From the NCBI GenBank assembly GCA_964645795.1, contig CAZYCL010000003.1, positions 188,290 to 252,289 of the forward strand: a stretch of 64,000 nucleotides of DNA, given 5' to 3'. Below, piece after piece: positions 44,160 through 55,299 of this stretch (within the stretch, counting starts at the first letter, position 1; each line of letters begins with the position of its first letter). A program made the translations under genes and the position numbers. The DNA is from an uncultured Planctomycetales bacterium (GTDB lineage Bacteria > Omnitrophota > Gorgyraeia > Gygaellales > Profunditerraquicolaceae). The notes under the pieces were generated by a model. That model was not told the origin of the DNA, did not search any database, and saw only the letters and a list, made by a program, of their open reading frames with translations.

Positions 44160-47100
44160 TCGTAAATCTTGAAGTATCCTGAATAGCGATTGCTTTAATT
44201 TTCATAGACCCCTGGTAATAATTCTCGTGAGGGTCTCCAATTACGAAGTAGTCGGGGTATCGAGTCTCCGAATGCCATACGCGGCTAAGCGGCACTATCC
44301 CTCCATTAAGAAGCTTACCGCTAGCGTCATAAATCAAAAATTTGTAACTATTCTTGTTCTTTTCTAATACAATCTTATACCAAAACTTTGGATTATAGTT
44401 AATAGCGGAATCCCATTTATATTCCCATTGGTCATTCCTGTTATGTGCAACTAATTTGTTCTCTTTGTCAAAATAAATCATAAAAATAGGATTGGACATA
44501 CCGCATCCCCATTTGTTATTGTCTACATCCATGACAACTTTACGATGTTGATGCCACCAATCATTAGTATGATGCCCAATAGGTAATTCGTCAGTTATAG
44601 CTATTAAATACACTCCATTTTCCCCTAATGGGCCTTCATTATAACGAGTGTCTTCTTTTAAACCAGCGATATTCTCAAGCCCATAGTTAATGTCTCCTAC
44701 AATTACGGTTATTTTATAGGTTTTGGGTAACTCTTCAGTTGAGCGGATTAAACAAACATCGCCATAGTTATCGGATTTCTGCCAAGCGAATTTTGATTTA
44801 CCGTCAATAATAAACGTCCCACCTCTATAAAGCTCAAAAGAAAACTTACCCTCCGGACCAAAGCGTTTTCCGGAAGATGCTTCAATGGGACTTGAAAAAG
44901 TCTCTAACATCTGGCAGGAATCCTTTTTTAATTCTTCTAAAAGTTTATCTGCGCTATCTTCCGTATTCTTAATTGTGTTTGAACAAATAATTTGAGATGG
45001 TTCACTTTCAATCTTAACTTCAGAAACTACATTATCACTCTCGTCTTCTGTTAATTCTTCAATAAGCTTACCTATTTTTTCTCTGCGCCCTAAAAGCACC
45101 TTAGCGTCTTTGGTAAAGGAGCGAAGCGAGCTAGCAATAGAATGATCAACCTCCAACATCTTCTCTGCTTCCTTAAGCGCTGCGGCTTTGGCTGCGGGAA
45201 CCTCTTGCGATCTCAAAATCTCTACTTTTTTGGCCAACAGATACAAATACTCATAATCCTGCATACCTTCGCGGAAGATTTCTGCACGCAATGAATCAAT
45301 GGGGCCGTTATCTCCGGGGTAAAACAACAAGCCATTGCCGTTCTGTTCCCACTTGGTATTTGCTGCGCTATAAAACGGGTTAACAAACGGCCACCAGTTT
45401 ACACACCAATATAAAAACCCTTTTAAATCGAATTTCCAACATAACCAAGGGATGATGCGGTAATCGATAGAGTCGAAATCGATTGCCAAATTAGGCGCTC
45501 CGGATCCGCTCGGGCCTGAGATATACATCCACATCTCCATACCTAAATCTCTTAAAGTATTAATTTTCTTTTCGTTAAAGTTATCTATACCAAAACACCA
45601 TATATCTATATCCTTGCCCCAATCAGGATATTTTTGCGGATCCCAAAATCCATGATAACAAACCATATTCTTAAGTTGAGGATAAGCGCGATGGACCATA
45701 GAGCATACCTTAGCTACAATAGGATCATGCAATTTACTTTCATCCCAGGTATAAAGATAGGCATATTGAAGCATTTTGTTGATTTTTAAATACTCTCCAT
45801 AACCGCGGTAAACAGGAAGAAGCTTCTCGATCCCTTCATCGGTAATCGGCCAATTATTATTGAACGTCCCTCCTTTTTTGCCTATGGCAAAGTTAGTCAA
45901 TCCGTAGCTCATATATTTTTCTACTCTACCTAGGTCCCGCTGAGATGAAGGATCAATATTAAGTATGGGATTCATACGGTGCTTAAGCATATTGATTATA
46001 AAGAGCTCATTCAGTTCTTCAATCCTTGAGGCATGTCCCTGGCCTGTTTCTTTATCTGCCCTGGGGTAACGATTGGAAGTTATGTGCCCGTAAAAGTCAA
46101 ACGCCGTCTTCAAATGGCTCTCAAGAGGCAAAGTAAAATTCTCTACCCTGGCATTAATGGGGATCTCCGTTAGTTTAGTATCTCCGGAGATTATCTCAAT
46201 TTTTCCTTTATATATTCCGGCCTTTGTGCCGCAGGGCGCATAAACCGTTACCCAAAACGGCTGTGTAATGCCGGGGCTTATGTTTATTTTTTGCGCCGGC
46301 AGTAAGGGATCCGGCCACAGCCCAACAACTTTTACCGGATAATAAGGCTTTTTTGTAGGGACATAACCGACTATGCGCCAGGAGATGTTATTTTTTTTAA
46401 TACTGACACCGGCATCTTTATTTACCAAGTCAGAAATTTTCAACCAGACATCCCTTAGCTCTTTATTACCGTTAGTTACAACTACCTGAAAAGACGCATA
46501 CTCATTTCTAGCAAGGAGAATATCTGCGTCAGAAGTAAAATTTGGCTTAAGAAGCGTCTTCCCGTCTTGAAAAATCCGATCAAGGCTTGAGGCGACAAAA
46601 ATATCCGTATCTTTTTTTAATCCAGTGGCAAGCACAATTGCCCCTATCTTGGCCAAGTCATCTTTATCACTTTTTTCATCGTTTTTTTCTCCTGACCTTG
46701 TTCCAATATTATCAAAATAGAGTATCACTTCATTTTTCGGAGATTTCATGAACATCTTAACGTATGACATTTGAGTAACATCGCAATATTGAGAAATTTG
46801 TTCCAAGGGTATCGAAAAGGCATTCTCCTTAAGCGGCTCAAGCGTAACCGAATAGGAGAAACTCTTCTTGGGATATTCCCTTCCGCTCTTAAATTTTACC
46901 GTAAGCTGAACACTGTCTTCGCTGTTGTTAAAAACATCGAAATGAAAATCTTTGACACCGCTCCAATTTTGCGCGCCGCTTCCGTATTCTTCCCACTGCA
47001 ATCCGGGATAATCCGAACCGGGAGAAATCTTGAGCATCAAGGAACGCTTACCGTGTGTTGGGTGTGCGTTCGATATCTCAGCAAGTGCCGTACCGCTTGG

Positions 47101-47349
47101 CTTAAATACACCCAGATCGGAGGATTTCTCAAAACTTAAATAAAAATTCTTAAAATTGCCTTTTGCTGCCTTTTTATGCTGAACCTGTCTTTCCAGACCC
47201 CGGGTAAATCTTTGCATAGAACCGGCTGAGCCGCCCTTTACGGTAATATAGATCATTGCCCCGCAAAAGGCGGTAAAAACAATACCAATAATTATTCCGA
47301 TAAGGGCAAAAATTATATTATCTTTAGTTAAGCGCACGAGCCACCTCAT
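44152..47349 (-). CDS. Large membrane-anchored protein of unknown function (possible glycoside-hydrolase-like central domain and C-terminal beta-sandwich)
   Basis: 1065 aa; single N-terminal TM helix; Trp/Tyr-rich central region WPDPLLP...WMYISGPSGSGAPN...; no firm family assignment from sequence alone. Confidence 0.35.
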   Translation of the reverse strand: MRWLVRLTKDNIIFALIGIIIGIVFTAFCGAMIYITVKGGSAGSMQRFTRGLERQVQHKKAAKGNFKNFYLSFEKSSDLGVFKPSGTALAEISNAHPTHGKRSLMLKISPGSDYPGLQWEEYGSGAQNWSGVKDFHFDVFNNSEDSVQLTVKFKSGREYPKKSFSYSVTLEPLKENAFSIPLEQISQYCDVTQMSYVKMFMKSPKNEVILYFDNIGTRSGEKNDEKSDKDDLAKIGAIVLATGLKKDTDIFVASSLDRIFQDGKTLLKPNFTSDADILLARNEYASFQVVVTNGNKELRDVWLKISDLVNKDAGVSIKKNNISWRIVGYVPTKKPYYPVKVVGLWPDPLLPAQKINISPGITQPFWVTVYAPCGTKAGIYKGKIEIISGDTKLTEIPINARVENFTLPLESHLKTAFDFYGHITSNRYPRADKETGQGHASRIEELNELFIINMLKHRMNPILNIDPSSQRDLGRVEKYMSYGLTNFAIGKKGGTFNNNWPITDEGIEKLLPVYRGYGEYLKINKMLQYAYLYTWDESKLHDPIVAKVCSMVHRAYPQLKNMVCYHGFWDPQKYPDWGKDIDIWCFGIDNFNEKKINTLRDLGMEMWMYISGPSGSGAPNLAIDFDSIDYRIIPWLCWKFDLKGFLYWCVNWWPFVNPFYSAANTKWEQNGNGLLFYPGDNGPIDSLRAEIFREGMQDYEYLYLLAKKVEILRSQEVPAAKAAALKEAEKMLEVDHSIASSLRSFTKDAKVLLGRREKIGKLIEELTEDESDNVVSEVKIESEPSQIICSNTIKNTEDSADKLLEELKKDSCQMLETFSSPIEASSGKRFGPEGKFSFELYRGGTFIIDGKSKFAWQKSDNYGDVCLIRSTEELPKTYKITVIVGDINYGLENIAGLKEDTRYNEGPLGENGVYLIAITDELPIGHHTNDWWHQHRKVVMDVDNNKWGCGMSNPIFMIYFDKENKLVAHNRNDQWEYKWDSAINYNPKFWYKIVLEKNKNSYKFLIYDASGKLLNGGIVPLSRVWHSETRYPDYFVIGDPHENYYQGSMKIKAIAIQDTSRFTNE

Positions 47350-48514
47350 GGTAAATGGCGTTTATTTTTTTTCCTATAATTTTCCAATCGTATTTTTCAC
47401 AGACAAGCCTCCGTCCGGATTGGCCTAATGATTCACGCTCTCCTTTACTATTAAGTAAATGTAGGACCGAAGCAGCAAAACCTTCAGGAGAATCTCTAAT
47501 AACGATATTCCTTCCGTCAGAATACGCTATTCCCTCGGCTCCCAGCGCAGTAGAAATCACGGGCTTAGCTATGCTCATTGCTTCAAGTATCTTTAGCCTT
47601 GTCCCTCCTCCAACCCTAAGCGGGACCACAAATACCTTTGCCTTTGCCATATAATCCCGCACATCATCCACTCTCCCGGTAATCACGATACGCTTGTCAG
47701 ATTTACCCAGCCTTATAATATCCGCTGAAGGATTCCTGCCGACAACATACAATTTAACACTTTCTTTTTTAGCCCAGACCAAAGGAAGTATCTCCCGGAA
47801 AAAATAGGTAATGGCGTCGGAGTTTGGCAACCAATCCATGGAACCGGTAAAAACCAAAGCATCTTCTTCAATAATCCCTCCGAACTTGGCTGGATCAAAG
47901 AAACCCGTATCCACACCGTTAGGTATGACATCTACGACTAATTGCCCGTCAGCAAGCTTCTGCAATTCCTCTCTGTCGTTATCAGAAACGACAAAGCATC
48001 TATTCACTGTTCCTGCGATCCTTTTCTCGATAATTGCCATTTTTTCTGCCTGCGATCTAAGTATAATTCTTTTTACGGGATTAGTCTCTAGAACAGAGTA
48101 TCTGCGCAGAATTACGGCTTCTACATTATGTTCATCCATCACTACCGGCAATCCACCCAGGCAATTTGCATACTGAGCCATATGCAGGTGGTCACAATGC
48201 ACAAGGTCATACTTCTCCTCTTGCAAGACCGCTTTCAGCTTATCCTTAAAAGACGAGGAAAAGTATTTGGCAATGGAAATAGGTTTACCGTTAAATATGG
48301 ATAGAGCTCCTTTTTTCTCCCTGGCAGGAACAACGATGACCCGAATGCCCAGGCCCTCAAGTAAGCTTACTGAAGCCGGATCATCTTCAAAATAGAAGCA
48401 AAGCAAGGTCAACCGGTTGCAGCTGGCGACCGTCTTAAGCAGATTATATGTCCTTATCTTTGCTCCGGTATCTGCCGGCAAGGGCAGACGAGGAGCAATA
48501 AATAGTATCTTCAT
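47324..48514 (-). CDS. Family 4 glycosyltransferase (GT-B)
   Basis: 396 aa; C-terminal EGIAYSDGRNIVIRDSPEGFAASV-type E-x7-E region; GT4 architecture. Confidence 0.75.
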   Translation of the reverse strand: MKILFIAPRLPLPADTGAKIRTYNLLKTVASCNRLTLLCFYFEDDPASVSLLEGLGIRVIVVPAREKKGALSIFNGKPISIAKYFSSSFKDKLKAVLQEEKYDLVHCDHLHMAQYANCLGGLPVVMDEHNVEAVILRRYSVLETNPVKRIILRSQAEKMAIIEKRIAGTVNRCFVVSDNDREELQKLADGQLVVDVIPNGVDTGFFDPAKFGGIIEEDALVFTGSMDWLPNSDAITYFFREILPLVWAKKESVKLYVVGRNPSADIIRLGKSDKRIVITGRVDDVRDYMAKAKVFVVPLRVGGGTRLKILEAMSIAKPVISTALGAEGIAYSDGRNIVIRDSPEGFAASVLHLLNSKGERESLGQSGRRLVCEKYDWKIIGKKINAIYHEVARALN

Positions 48515-50733
48515 TGGAGTAACCCGCTGTATACTGATTCGTATCTTGAAGCCATCTTCTGAACATTAAATATCTCGATTAAATCAGAATAAGCATGTTC
48601 AACCAACCTATTCCTTAATGAGACATCGGTAACCACTGAATAAAGACTGCCAGCTAACGCGTCCACCTGACCGGCATCAACCAGCATTCCGTTCATCCTG
48701 TCCTTGATAACCTGAGACACAGCACCAACTCTTGTAGCCACAATCGCAGTTTTTGCCGCCATACCCTCAAGTATATTCAACGGTAGCCCTTCGATATAGG
48801 AAGCGCTGACTAGAATATCGGTCAAGGAGTATATATCCTGCATGTCCTTTCTGATACCGGCAAAAATAAAACTTCCTTTTGGCAGCTCCCTGTCGGCAAT
48901 TGATTCCAGTTCGCTGCGCAACGGTCCGTCACCAACAAATAATAATTTTATGGATCTAACCTTATCAGTAAGAATACGGAAGCTTTTAATTAAAATGTCC
49001 TGACCCTTTTCCCGGCTTAACCGTCCCACGGACGATATAACAACATCATTCTCTCCGATCTTGAATTCTTCCCGCAGCCGTTTTAGATCGTTTTTCCCCT
49101 TTCTGACAAATTCAGAATGGTCTATGCCGTTATAAATAACTTCTAATGACTCGGACGCAATCTTCTTATTGATCAAGTCGCCCTTTATCTCATCTGAAAC
49201 AGCTATAACCTTATGGGCAAAACGCAAAACCAAGGCATCCAAGGCCTCGTAAAGCTTAAGCTTGCTGTCTGTCCCATGCCATACATGGTTGGTGGCGACC
49301 CATTTGGTTTTAAGAAAGCGCGTTGCGCAAAACCCTATTAAATCCGATTTATAATTATGAGTATGGAGGATATCAATCTTATGTTTTTTTAAATACCGCC
49401 TTACTCTTATTATGGCCAGAAAATCAAATTGCCAGAGACAGTCAAAAAATGCAGTTTTAAAATTACGCCTTGCCGCTTCTTCGATCATCTCCAGGTGAGG
49501 ATTATGAAAATTACTCAGTGCGCCAACGATTACAGAAATATTATTGCAGCTTTTAGCTAAGCCCAAAATCACATTCTCCGCACCGAATATTCCATTACTA
49601 CTAACCAGGTGCAATACCTTGGGCTTATTCAAATGTAATAATAATTTTTCATATTTAGCGAGCATTGCCTGAAGTGAAAATTTTGTATTGGCAGTCTCTT
49701 CGGCATTTACCGCTATTTTCCTCCGCAACTCATCATTTTTAAGCAGATTACGGATTGCCCAAGATATGGCCGCCGGGTTGCCTGGTTCTATCAATATTCC
49801 ATTTACACCATCAGTTATAACTTCTGTATTGCCGCCAACCTTAGTGGCAATTATCGGCTTAGCCGCAGCCATATATTCCAGTAGCGCATTTGATAATCCT
49901 TCGCTTAATGAAGGAAGAATACATATATCGGATAAATCCAACAAATCGACTACGTCATTCCTTTTACCGAGAAAAATAATCCTGTCTTGAAGCCGTTTTT
50001 CTTTAACCATAAACGAAAGCATGCTACGCAATGGACCATCGCCGATCAACAGCAGATAGGCATTTGGGAAATCATTTGACGTGGAGACAAACCCCTCGAC
50101 CAGAAATTTATGCCCTTTAACAGGCGTAAAATTCCCAACGCTTACCATTATTAAATCGCTGTCGGTAAACCCAAGTTCTTTTTTTAGCGCTTCTGATCTA
50201 ACATTATTGCCGAATCTCGCTGCATCAACTCCATTATACAGAACCTCAATCTTATCATCAGGCACCCCTTCTTCCTTGACTACCATTTTCTTTACACCTT
50301 CTGAAACAACGATTATCTTCGCCACAAAAACATTTATTAATCTATAAGCCTTTTTGTGAAGGCCATTCCGCCAAAATCCCTCATCCCGTCTGCTGGAAAA
50401 AATATTTTTGACACCGGATAAATAAGAAAAAAAAGTACCCCAAATATCCGCACTGAAGTGATAAGTAATAACTGTATCAATATTTTTTTTCTTTATAAAA
50501 CATAATAACTTAAATCCTTTCAAGATGCCATTTAAATCATAAATACGGGTAATACCTAACCCCTCAGCGTCTATATTTAATTTCTTGACTTCATCTGGAA
50601 TGAAATTCTGATGCAGGGCTTTTAAATATAGCTCATGTCCTCTTTCGGATAAAAATTTTAATAGCTCAAAAACCTGCCTTTCGGCACCGCCTTTAATATC
50701 TTCCAATACGTCAATCAGAACCAATATTTTCAT
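48511..50733 (-). CDS. Tandem double family-4 glycosyltransferase (two complete GT4 units fused)
   Basis: 740 aa; two GT4 units each with the EGLSNALLEYMA / EGLPLNILEGMA E-x7-E motif. Confidence 0.7.
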   Translation of the reverse strand: MKILVLIDVLEDIKGGAERQVFELLKFLSERGHELYLKALHQNFIPDEVKKLNIDAEGLGITRIYDLNGILKGFKLLCFIKKKNIDTVITYHFSADIWGTFFSYLSGVKNIFSSRRDEGFWRNGLHKKAYRLINVFVAKIIVVSEGVKKMVVKEEGVPDDKIEVLYNGVDAARFGNNVRSEALKKELGFTDSDLIMVSVGNFTPVKGHKFLVEGFVSTSNDFPNAYLLLIGDGPLRSMLSFMVKEKRLQDRIIFLGKRNDVVDLLDLSDICILPSLSEGLSNALLEYMAAAKPIIATKVGGNTEVITDGVNGILIEPGNPAAISWAIRNLLKNDELRRKIAVNAEETANTKFSLQAMLAKYEKLLLHLNKPKVLHLVSSNGIFGAENVILGLAKSCNNISVIVGALSNFHNPHLEMIEEAARRNFKTAFFDCLWQFDFLAIIRVRRYLKKHKIDILHTHNYKSDLIGFCATRFLKTKWVATNHVWHGTDSKLKLYEALDALVLRFAHKVIAVSDEIKGDLINKKIASESLEVIYNGIDHSEFVRKGKNDLKRLREEFKIGENDVVISSVGRLSREKGQDILIKSFRILTDKVRSIKLLFVGDGPLRSELESIADRELPKGSFIFAGIRKDMQDIYSLTDILVSASYIEGLPLNILEGMAAKTAIVATRVGAVSQVIKDRMNGMLVDAGQVDALAGSLYSVVTDVSLRNRLVEHAYSDLIEIFNVQKMASRYESVYSGLLQ

Positions 50734-52040
50734 TTCTTACTTTCTTTTAACGCTTTATTCGTTTGAGAAATTTCCTGAGCCGTTATGAAATTGCTCCGCT
50801 CTACTAAACCTAGAAATATCCAATAATATGCTCCAAGCTGCAGATATGTCCACCTATCTCCGAAAAAATTACCTACCATCACAGCAAGTCCACAGGCCGC
50901 AAAACCTAATCCTAAGCCTTTCAAAATTCTGTCTTTGCTTCTGCGAAAGAGCTTTAATCCTTTCTGGATAGCCAAAATCATGATCATTATCAAAAAGATT
51001 ACACCCGTAACACCCTGCTCCATCAATGTCCTGAGATAGAGATTATGCGTATCTCTTTTCGAGCCAACGTAGGATTTAACATTATAGCCTACGCCGATCA
51101 AAGGACTTTGTAGGAAATACTCTATGCTTTCCTGCCAATAGTCCAGGCGCTTGCTTGCGGATTCATCAAGTTCTCCTTCATGTTCGGTGAAAGTAAGCCT
51201 CTCGATTACCCTGGCAGGCAAAATGAATTGCCAAGATAAAGCTAAAACCAATATAACAACCAGAAGAATCCTGTTCTTTGCCAAGCCAATAAGGAACAAG
51301 CCGGCAAGTATAGCAAAATAGGCGCCGCGGGAAAATAGAAACACAAGGCAATAAAGATTCAGAGAAATAATAGTACCAAGTGACAGTCTCCATTTTAAAG
51401 CCCTTTCATGCAAAAACAAACCTATCAACACAAGGGTATAAGTAGCATAAAAGGCAGCTACTTCATTTGCCCCTAACCATTCAAAAGTCCCGTGGAATTT
51501 AGCCCGTGAGGTCCATGACCCCGCGTATCTCACTTCGGATAGGACCGACCGATCCATCAAAAACATAGACAAACAGACGAATATAATGGCGCGCTTCAGA
51601 GTTTTCTTTTCTGTTATGTTGTTTAAGGTAATAAGGAAGAGTATCGGCAGCATCATATAATTTTTCCAATTTTGCAGCCTGATAACCGTTAAGTCGCAAT
51701 TGAGGGGCAAACCAAGAAAAAGAGTGCCCTGCCAGAAACTAAAATAAGTGAAGATTAAATACAAAAAAAGGATAATATTGAATGAACTTGGCGTAAATAA
51801 CCTTTGCCCGCTCGATAGCTTGCTTACCAGCCAGCCGATAAACATCGCTAAAACCAAAAGGTCGTTTATATCCTTACCGAAAGGGAAGGTAAAAAGCTTC
51901 ATTATCACATTCTGCAAGGGGATAAACAGAATGAGAAAATACATGCCGTACTTGACGCGCCCGGTTAATGAAGCAATGAAAGCCGCTACCGCGCCTGCGT
52001 AGATAAAGAAAGGCATTACATTATTCAATTCATGCGTCAT
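50730..52040 (-). CDS. O-antigen ligase / Wzy-like polymerase family membrane protein (exosortase-locus O-glycosylation ligase-like)
   Basis: 436 aa, ~10 TM helices with a large periplasmic loop. Confidence 0.55.
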   Translation of the reverse strand: MTHELNNVMPFFIYAGAVAAFIASLTGRVKYGMYFLILFIPLQNVIMKLFTFPFGKDINDLLVLAMFIGWLVSKLSSGQRLFTPSSFNIILFLYLIFTYFSFWQGTLFLGLPLNCDLTVIRLQNWKNYMMLPILFLITLNNITEKKTLKRAIIFVCLSMFLMDRSVLSEVRYAGSWTSRAKFHGTFEWLGANEVAAFYATYTLVLIGLFLHERALKWRLSLGTIISLNLYCLVFLFSRGAYFAILAGLFLIGLAKNRILLVVILVLALSWQFILPARVIERLTFTEHEGELDESASKRLDYWQESIEYFLQSPLIGVGYNVKSYVGSKRDTHNLYLRTLMEQGVTGVIFLIMIMILAIQKGLKLFRRSKDRILKGLGLGFAACGLAVMVGNFFGDRWTYLQLGAYYWIFLGLVERSNFITAQEISQTNKALKESKK

Positions 52041-52576
52041 GTTCTCTTCTCAATGATTTTCGCCGGAACGCCGACCCAAACAGTATTATCCGGAGCATCA
52101 GTTATAACTACTGCATTTGCACCGATTTTTACATTGTTTCCGATCTTTATATTACCAAGCACCTTTGCCCCTGAACCAATAAATACATTATCTCCAATAA
52201 TAGGCACCCCTGTCCTTCCAGCGCCCTTCGTCCCGATTACCACACCCGGCGCTATACTGCAATTTCTTCCAATAACAACGCAACCATTAATTATAATTCC
52301 CCCAAAATGTCCAATATAGAACCCTTCTCCGATCTGCACACTGAATGGTATAGAGATTCCAGTAAATATCTCTATAATCTTAAAAAATAAAAAACATATT
52401 ACTTTTGGAATAAATGATATAAACTTTATCTTAAATCCTCGGTGCACCCAATAGCCTAATCTATAAATAGCGATTGCCCAAAGGGCTTGAGAAGATAATA
52501 GGTAAAGAATGCTCCCCTTGGTAATTTGCTCAACCTCAATGAACCTTTCTAAATCTTTTCTAAATTTGTTCAACAT
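52037..52576 (-). CDS. Hexapeptide-repeat (LbH) acetyltransferase, WcaB/serine acetyltransferase-like
   Basis: Left-handed beta-helix hexapeptide repeats (IGENAVIGANAVV..., GDNVFIGSGAKVLGNIKIGNNVKIGANAVV). Confidence 0.65.
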   Translation of the reverse strand: MLNKFRKDLERFIEVEQITKGSILYLLSSQALWAIAIYRLGYWVHRGFKIKFISFIPKVICFLFFKIIEIFTGISIPFSVQIGEGFYIGHFGGIIINGCVVIGRNCSIAPGVVIGTKGAGRTGVPIIGDNVFIGSGAKVLGNIKIGNNVKIGANAVVITDAPDNTVWVGVPAKIIEKRT

Positions 52577-52580
52577 AAAA

Positions 52581-53288
52581 TTAGTATTGTTTTTTTATAA
52601 TGATGTCCTTAATGATTTCAATCTTCTTGTTTCTTTCGGTTAAGAATTTATCCATATCTATTTGTGCTTGTTCTTTCAGAAGCTTCTTTCTTAAGATCCA
52701 GGTCATACCACCCCAATGCCTAATGTCGTTTTTAAATCCATATTTATAGAATTTCCACTTATTTTGCCTAGCAAACTGGAAATATGCAATTGCACCCGTA
52801 TCAAATCCCGTAATTTTGCCCCAATGTAAATCAAGCTCATCTTGCGCCTGTTTTCTAACCAGCATTGCCAGAGGGAAAAATCTTTTATTTAAAGGAGAAA
52901 ATAAGCTCAATTGAGACTTTAACCCATACAAATAATTATAGGCCAAAACTCCAAGAGCGCCAACCTTAGGGAAGCTTTCCATAACCTCTACTCTTCTATT
53001 TAACCATCCCTTTCTAAGGATTTGCACATCGTCGTGAAGAAAAATAAAAAAAGGGGTATCGACAGACTTAGCTAAGGTATCTTTCGGCCGCAAAGGATCC
53101 GGGCAATCTAGCATTTTTATGTCGCCTTGTGAATACAGAAATGAACTCGTTTCTTCGTCTAAACCGGCATTTCCAATAACAATCCTATAGGGATAGTCAG
53201 TATATTTACGTATTGTCAAAAGGCACAATTCGATTATATATCTGGAATTAAAACGACTGGGTATAAGAATAGAAATCTCCTCTTTCAT
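52581..53288 (-). CDS. Hypothetical protein, possible GT-A-like glycosyltransferase
   Basis: 235 aa; ISILIPSR N-terminus resembling a GT-A beta1 strand; FIFLHDDV; low certainty. Confidence 0.3.
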   Translation of the reverse strand: MKEEISILIPSRFNSRYIIELCLLTIRKYTDYPYRIVIGNAGLDEETSSFLYSQGDIKMLDCPDPLRPKDTLAKSVDTPFFIFLHDDVQILRKGWLNRRVEVMESFPKVGALGVLAYNYLYGLKSQLSLFSPLNKRFFPLAMLVRKQAQDELDLHWGKITGFDTGAIAYFQFARQNKWKFYKYGFKNDIRHWGGMTWILRKKLLKEQAQIDMDKFLTERNKKIEIIKDIIIKKQY

Positions 53289-54286
53289 ATTGAATTTGAA
53301 TAGAAACGGTCCTTAACCGCTTTAAAATATGATTTAATTTGTGAAGGTATCATTAATATTAATGCTAAAGGAATAATCATAGGATCGTATCCATAAATAC
53401 TCAACGACTTTAGGTAGAACTTTAATGCTCTTATTTTATCAGCCTGTCGATATGCTAATATACCTTTTTCCTTAAATTTTCTTGCAGCTATGCGCCTTCT
53501 AAATACCCTGATCAATCCCTTATCAAAATCAAGCTGATTCAGAATTTTTATATGCTTGACGTAGCGTTTTCTTTCAAAAAGATAAAGTTTATATAAATCT
53601 TTAGCATGGCTACTTAAATAAAACCTACAAATGCTTAAAACTTTGTCTATAAATACGAATTTTTCAGCATTAAGAAAAGCCCTGAACCATAAATCGATGT
53701 CCGTGGAAATTATTTGATTTTCATCGAAAAGCCCTATACTCAATAAAAAATCCTTTCTAAACAAAATTGAATTTGAATCTACAAAAAACCCCTTCTGGAT
53801 CCCCATCCGAAAGAATATTTTCCCATCGCAAAGATATATCTGATCATGACCTTCAATTATTGATTGAGTATATGTTTTCATAAAGTCCTTTGTAAAAAAA
53901 TGCCTGGATCTGCTATCAAGAATTTTTTTGCGTTTGCCTATTACTAAATTTGCTTTATAAGCATCTAATGCCTTTAGCCTCAATTCAATGCTGTCATCCG
54001 TATAATAATCATCGGAGTCTAAGAAACATACGTAGTCACCCGAAGCTTCGCTTATCCCTCTATTTCTAGCTGATGCCTCGCCCTTATTCTCTTGATAGAT
54101 ATATTTTATTTTGCCAGGCGCCATTTTTAGAAAACCATCTACTACTTCCCTGGTATCATCTTTTGAGCCGTCATCAACAATTACAATCTCGAAATCTTGG
54201 TAAGTCTGTCTTAGGAGGCTTTCTACGGCTACCGGCAAATGCTTACCGCAATTGAACGTAGGGATTATTACGCTTAATTTAAACAT
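53285..54286 (-). CDS. Family 2 glycosyltransferase
   Basis: LSVIIPTFNCGKHLPVAVESLLRQTYQDFEIVIVDDGS...FLDSDD. Confidence 0.75.
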   Translation of the reverse strand: MFKLSVIIPTFNCGKHLPVAVESLLRQTYQDFEIVIVDDGSKDDTREVVDGFLKMAPGKIKYIYQENKGEASARNRGISEASGDYVCFLDSDDYYTDDSIELRLKALDAYKANLVIGKRKKILDSRSRHFFTKDFMKTYTQSIIEGHDQIYLCDGKIFFRMGIQKGFFVDSNSILFRKDFLLSIGLFDENQIISTDIDLWFRAFLNAEKFVFIDKVLSICRFYLSSHAKDLYKLYLFERKRYVKHIKILNQLDFDKGLIRVFRRRIAARKFKEKGILAYRQADKIRALKFYLKSLSIYGYDPMIIPLALILMIPSQIKSYFKAVKDRFYSNSI

Positions 54287-55266
54287 TATAAATATCTTTC
54301 AGATTTAATATTACACAATTTACTATAGTTAACACCGTAAAGCCTTCCTATAAGCATTTCGAATTTGGAGGATTCAAGTATTCTGCTGGTAAGCCGAGAG
54401 GCTTTTGCAGTATCAAAACAACTATGAACGCTGTGCATCTCATGCCATTTTACTCCTCGCTCGCGTAAAGAAAACTCCCAAACAGACCTGTTCTTATGGT
54501 AACTATTAGCGATAAGAGTTGCCGGGATATTGATGATTGTCGCTAAAATAGACGAGTGTAGTCTGTTTGTAATAATTTCTTTTGCCATGGCGTGTAACAT
54601 TATCCAATGCTCAAAGTTCTTGCAAAATCTTATAGGGTCAAGCCATAGACTTAGAATATTTCTCTTGAAGCAATCTTTTAGCTCCTTATCTCTTCTAATC
54701 GCATATAACTTATATTTGCCATAAACCTGGTCCTTATGCAGATCCTGATAATTTAAATTCAAGGCAGTATCATGATCCAGTAGAATTTCTACGGTGGAAG
54801 GAAGGTTATCCTTTAAGAACGCGTATGAAACGCGTTCGCGGGCAAAAATGTAAACCTTGTTACAAGAACAACCCCTGAAAATAGGTTTTATCGATTCTTT
54901 CAGAAAAGAAGAATCAGTATAGAATGTCGTTGGCCCCACTATGGTCATTCCCCTATGCGTCTTAACGATTCTATTTAAAGCTTGCATAGGGGTTCCAGAC
55001 CACCAAGGAACAAAACCCCCACTACCATGAATATATATAACCGTGTCGCTATCATATTCAGAAGTCATAAAATTCATGAATTTGACAGTTTGATAATCTA
55101 TGCCAGAGAAATCCGCTAATTTATATGCGCCTCTATATATCAAATAATCACCGTAGTTACCGCCCGGCTCTACAAAGATAAATTTATGCTTTTTATACTG
55201 CCTAAACAACGATAGAAGCAAAGTTGAAGCCGTATTATTTCCTGTTGGTTCAGTTCCCGTAGTCAT
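54286..55266 (-). CDS. Polysaccharide pyruvyl transferase family protein
   Basis: 326 aa; PGGNYGDYLIYRG resembles the PS_pyruv_trans GxNxGD motif. Confidence 0.5.
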   Translation of the reverse strand: MTTGTEPTGNNTASTLLLSLFRQYKKHKFIFVEPGGNYGDYLIYRGAYKLADFSGIDYQTVKFMNFMTSEYDSDTVIYIHGSGGFVPWWSGTPMQALNRIVKTHRGMTIVGPTTFYTDSSFLKESIKPIFRGCSCNKVYIFARERVSYAFLKDNLPSTVEILLDHDTALNLNYQDLHKDQVYGKYKLYAIRRDKELKDCFKRNILSLWLDPIRFCKNFEHWIMLHAMAKEIITNRLHSSILATIINIPATLIANSYHKNRSVWEFSLRERGVKWHEMHSVHSCFDTAKASRLTSRILESSKFEMLIGRLYGVNYSKLCNIKSERYL

Positions 55267-55299
55267 AATTTAATATATTGATGTCCTTAGCGTAGATCT

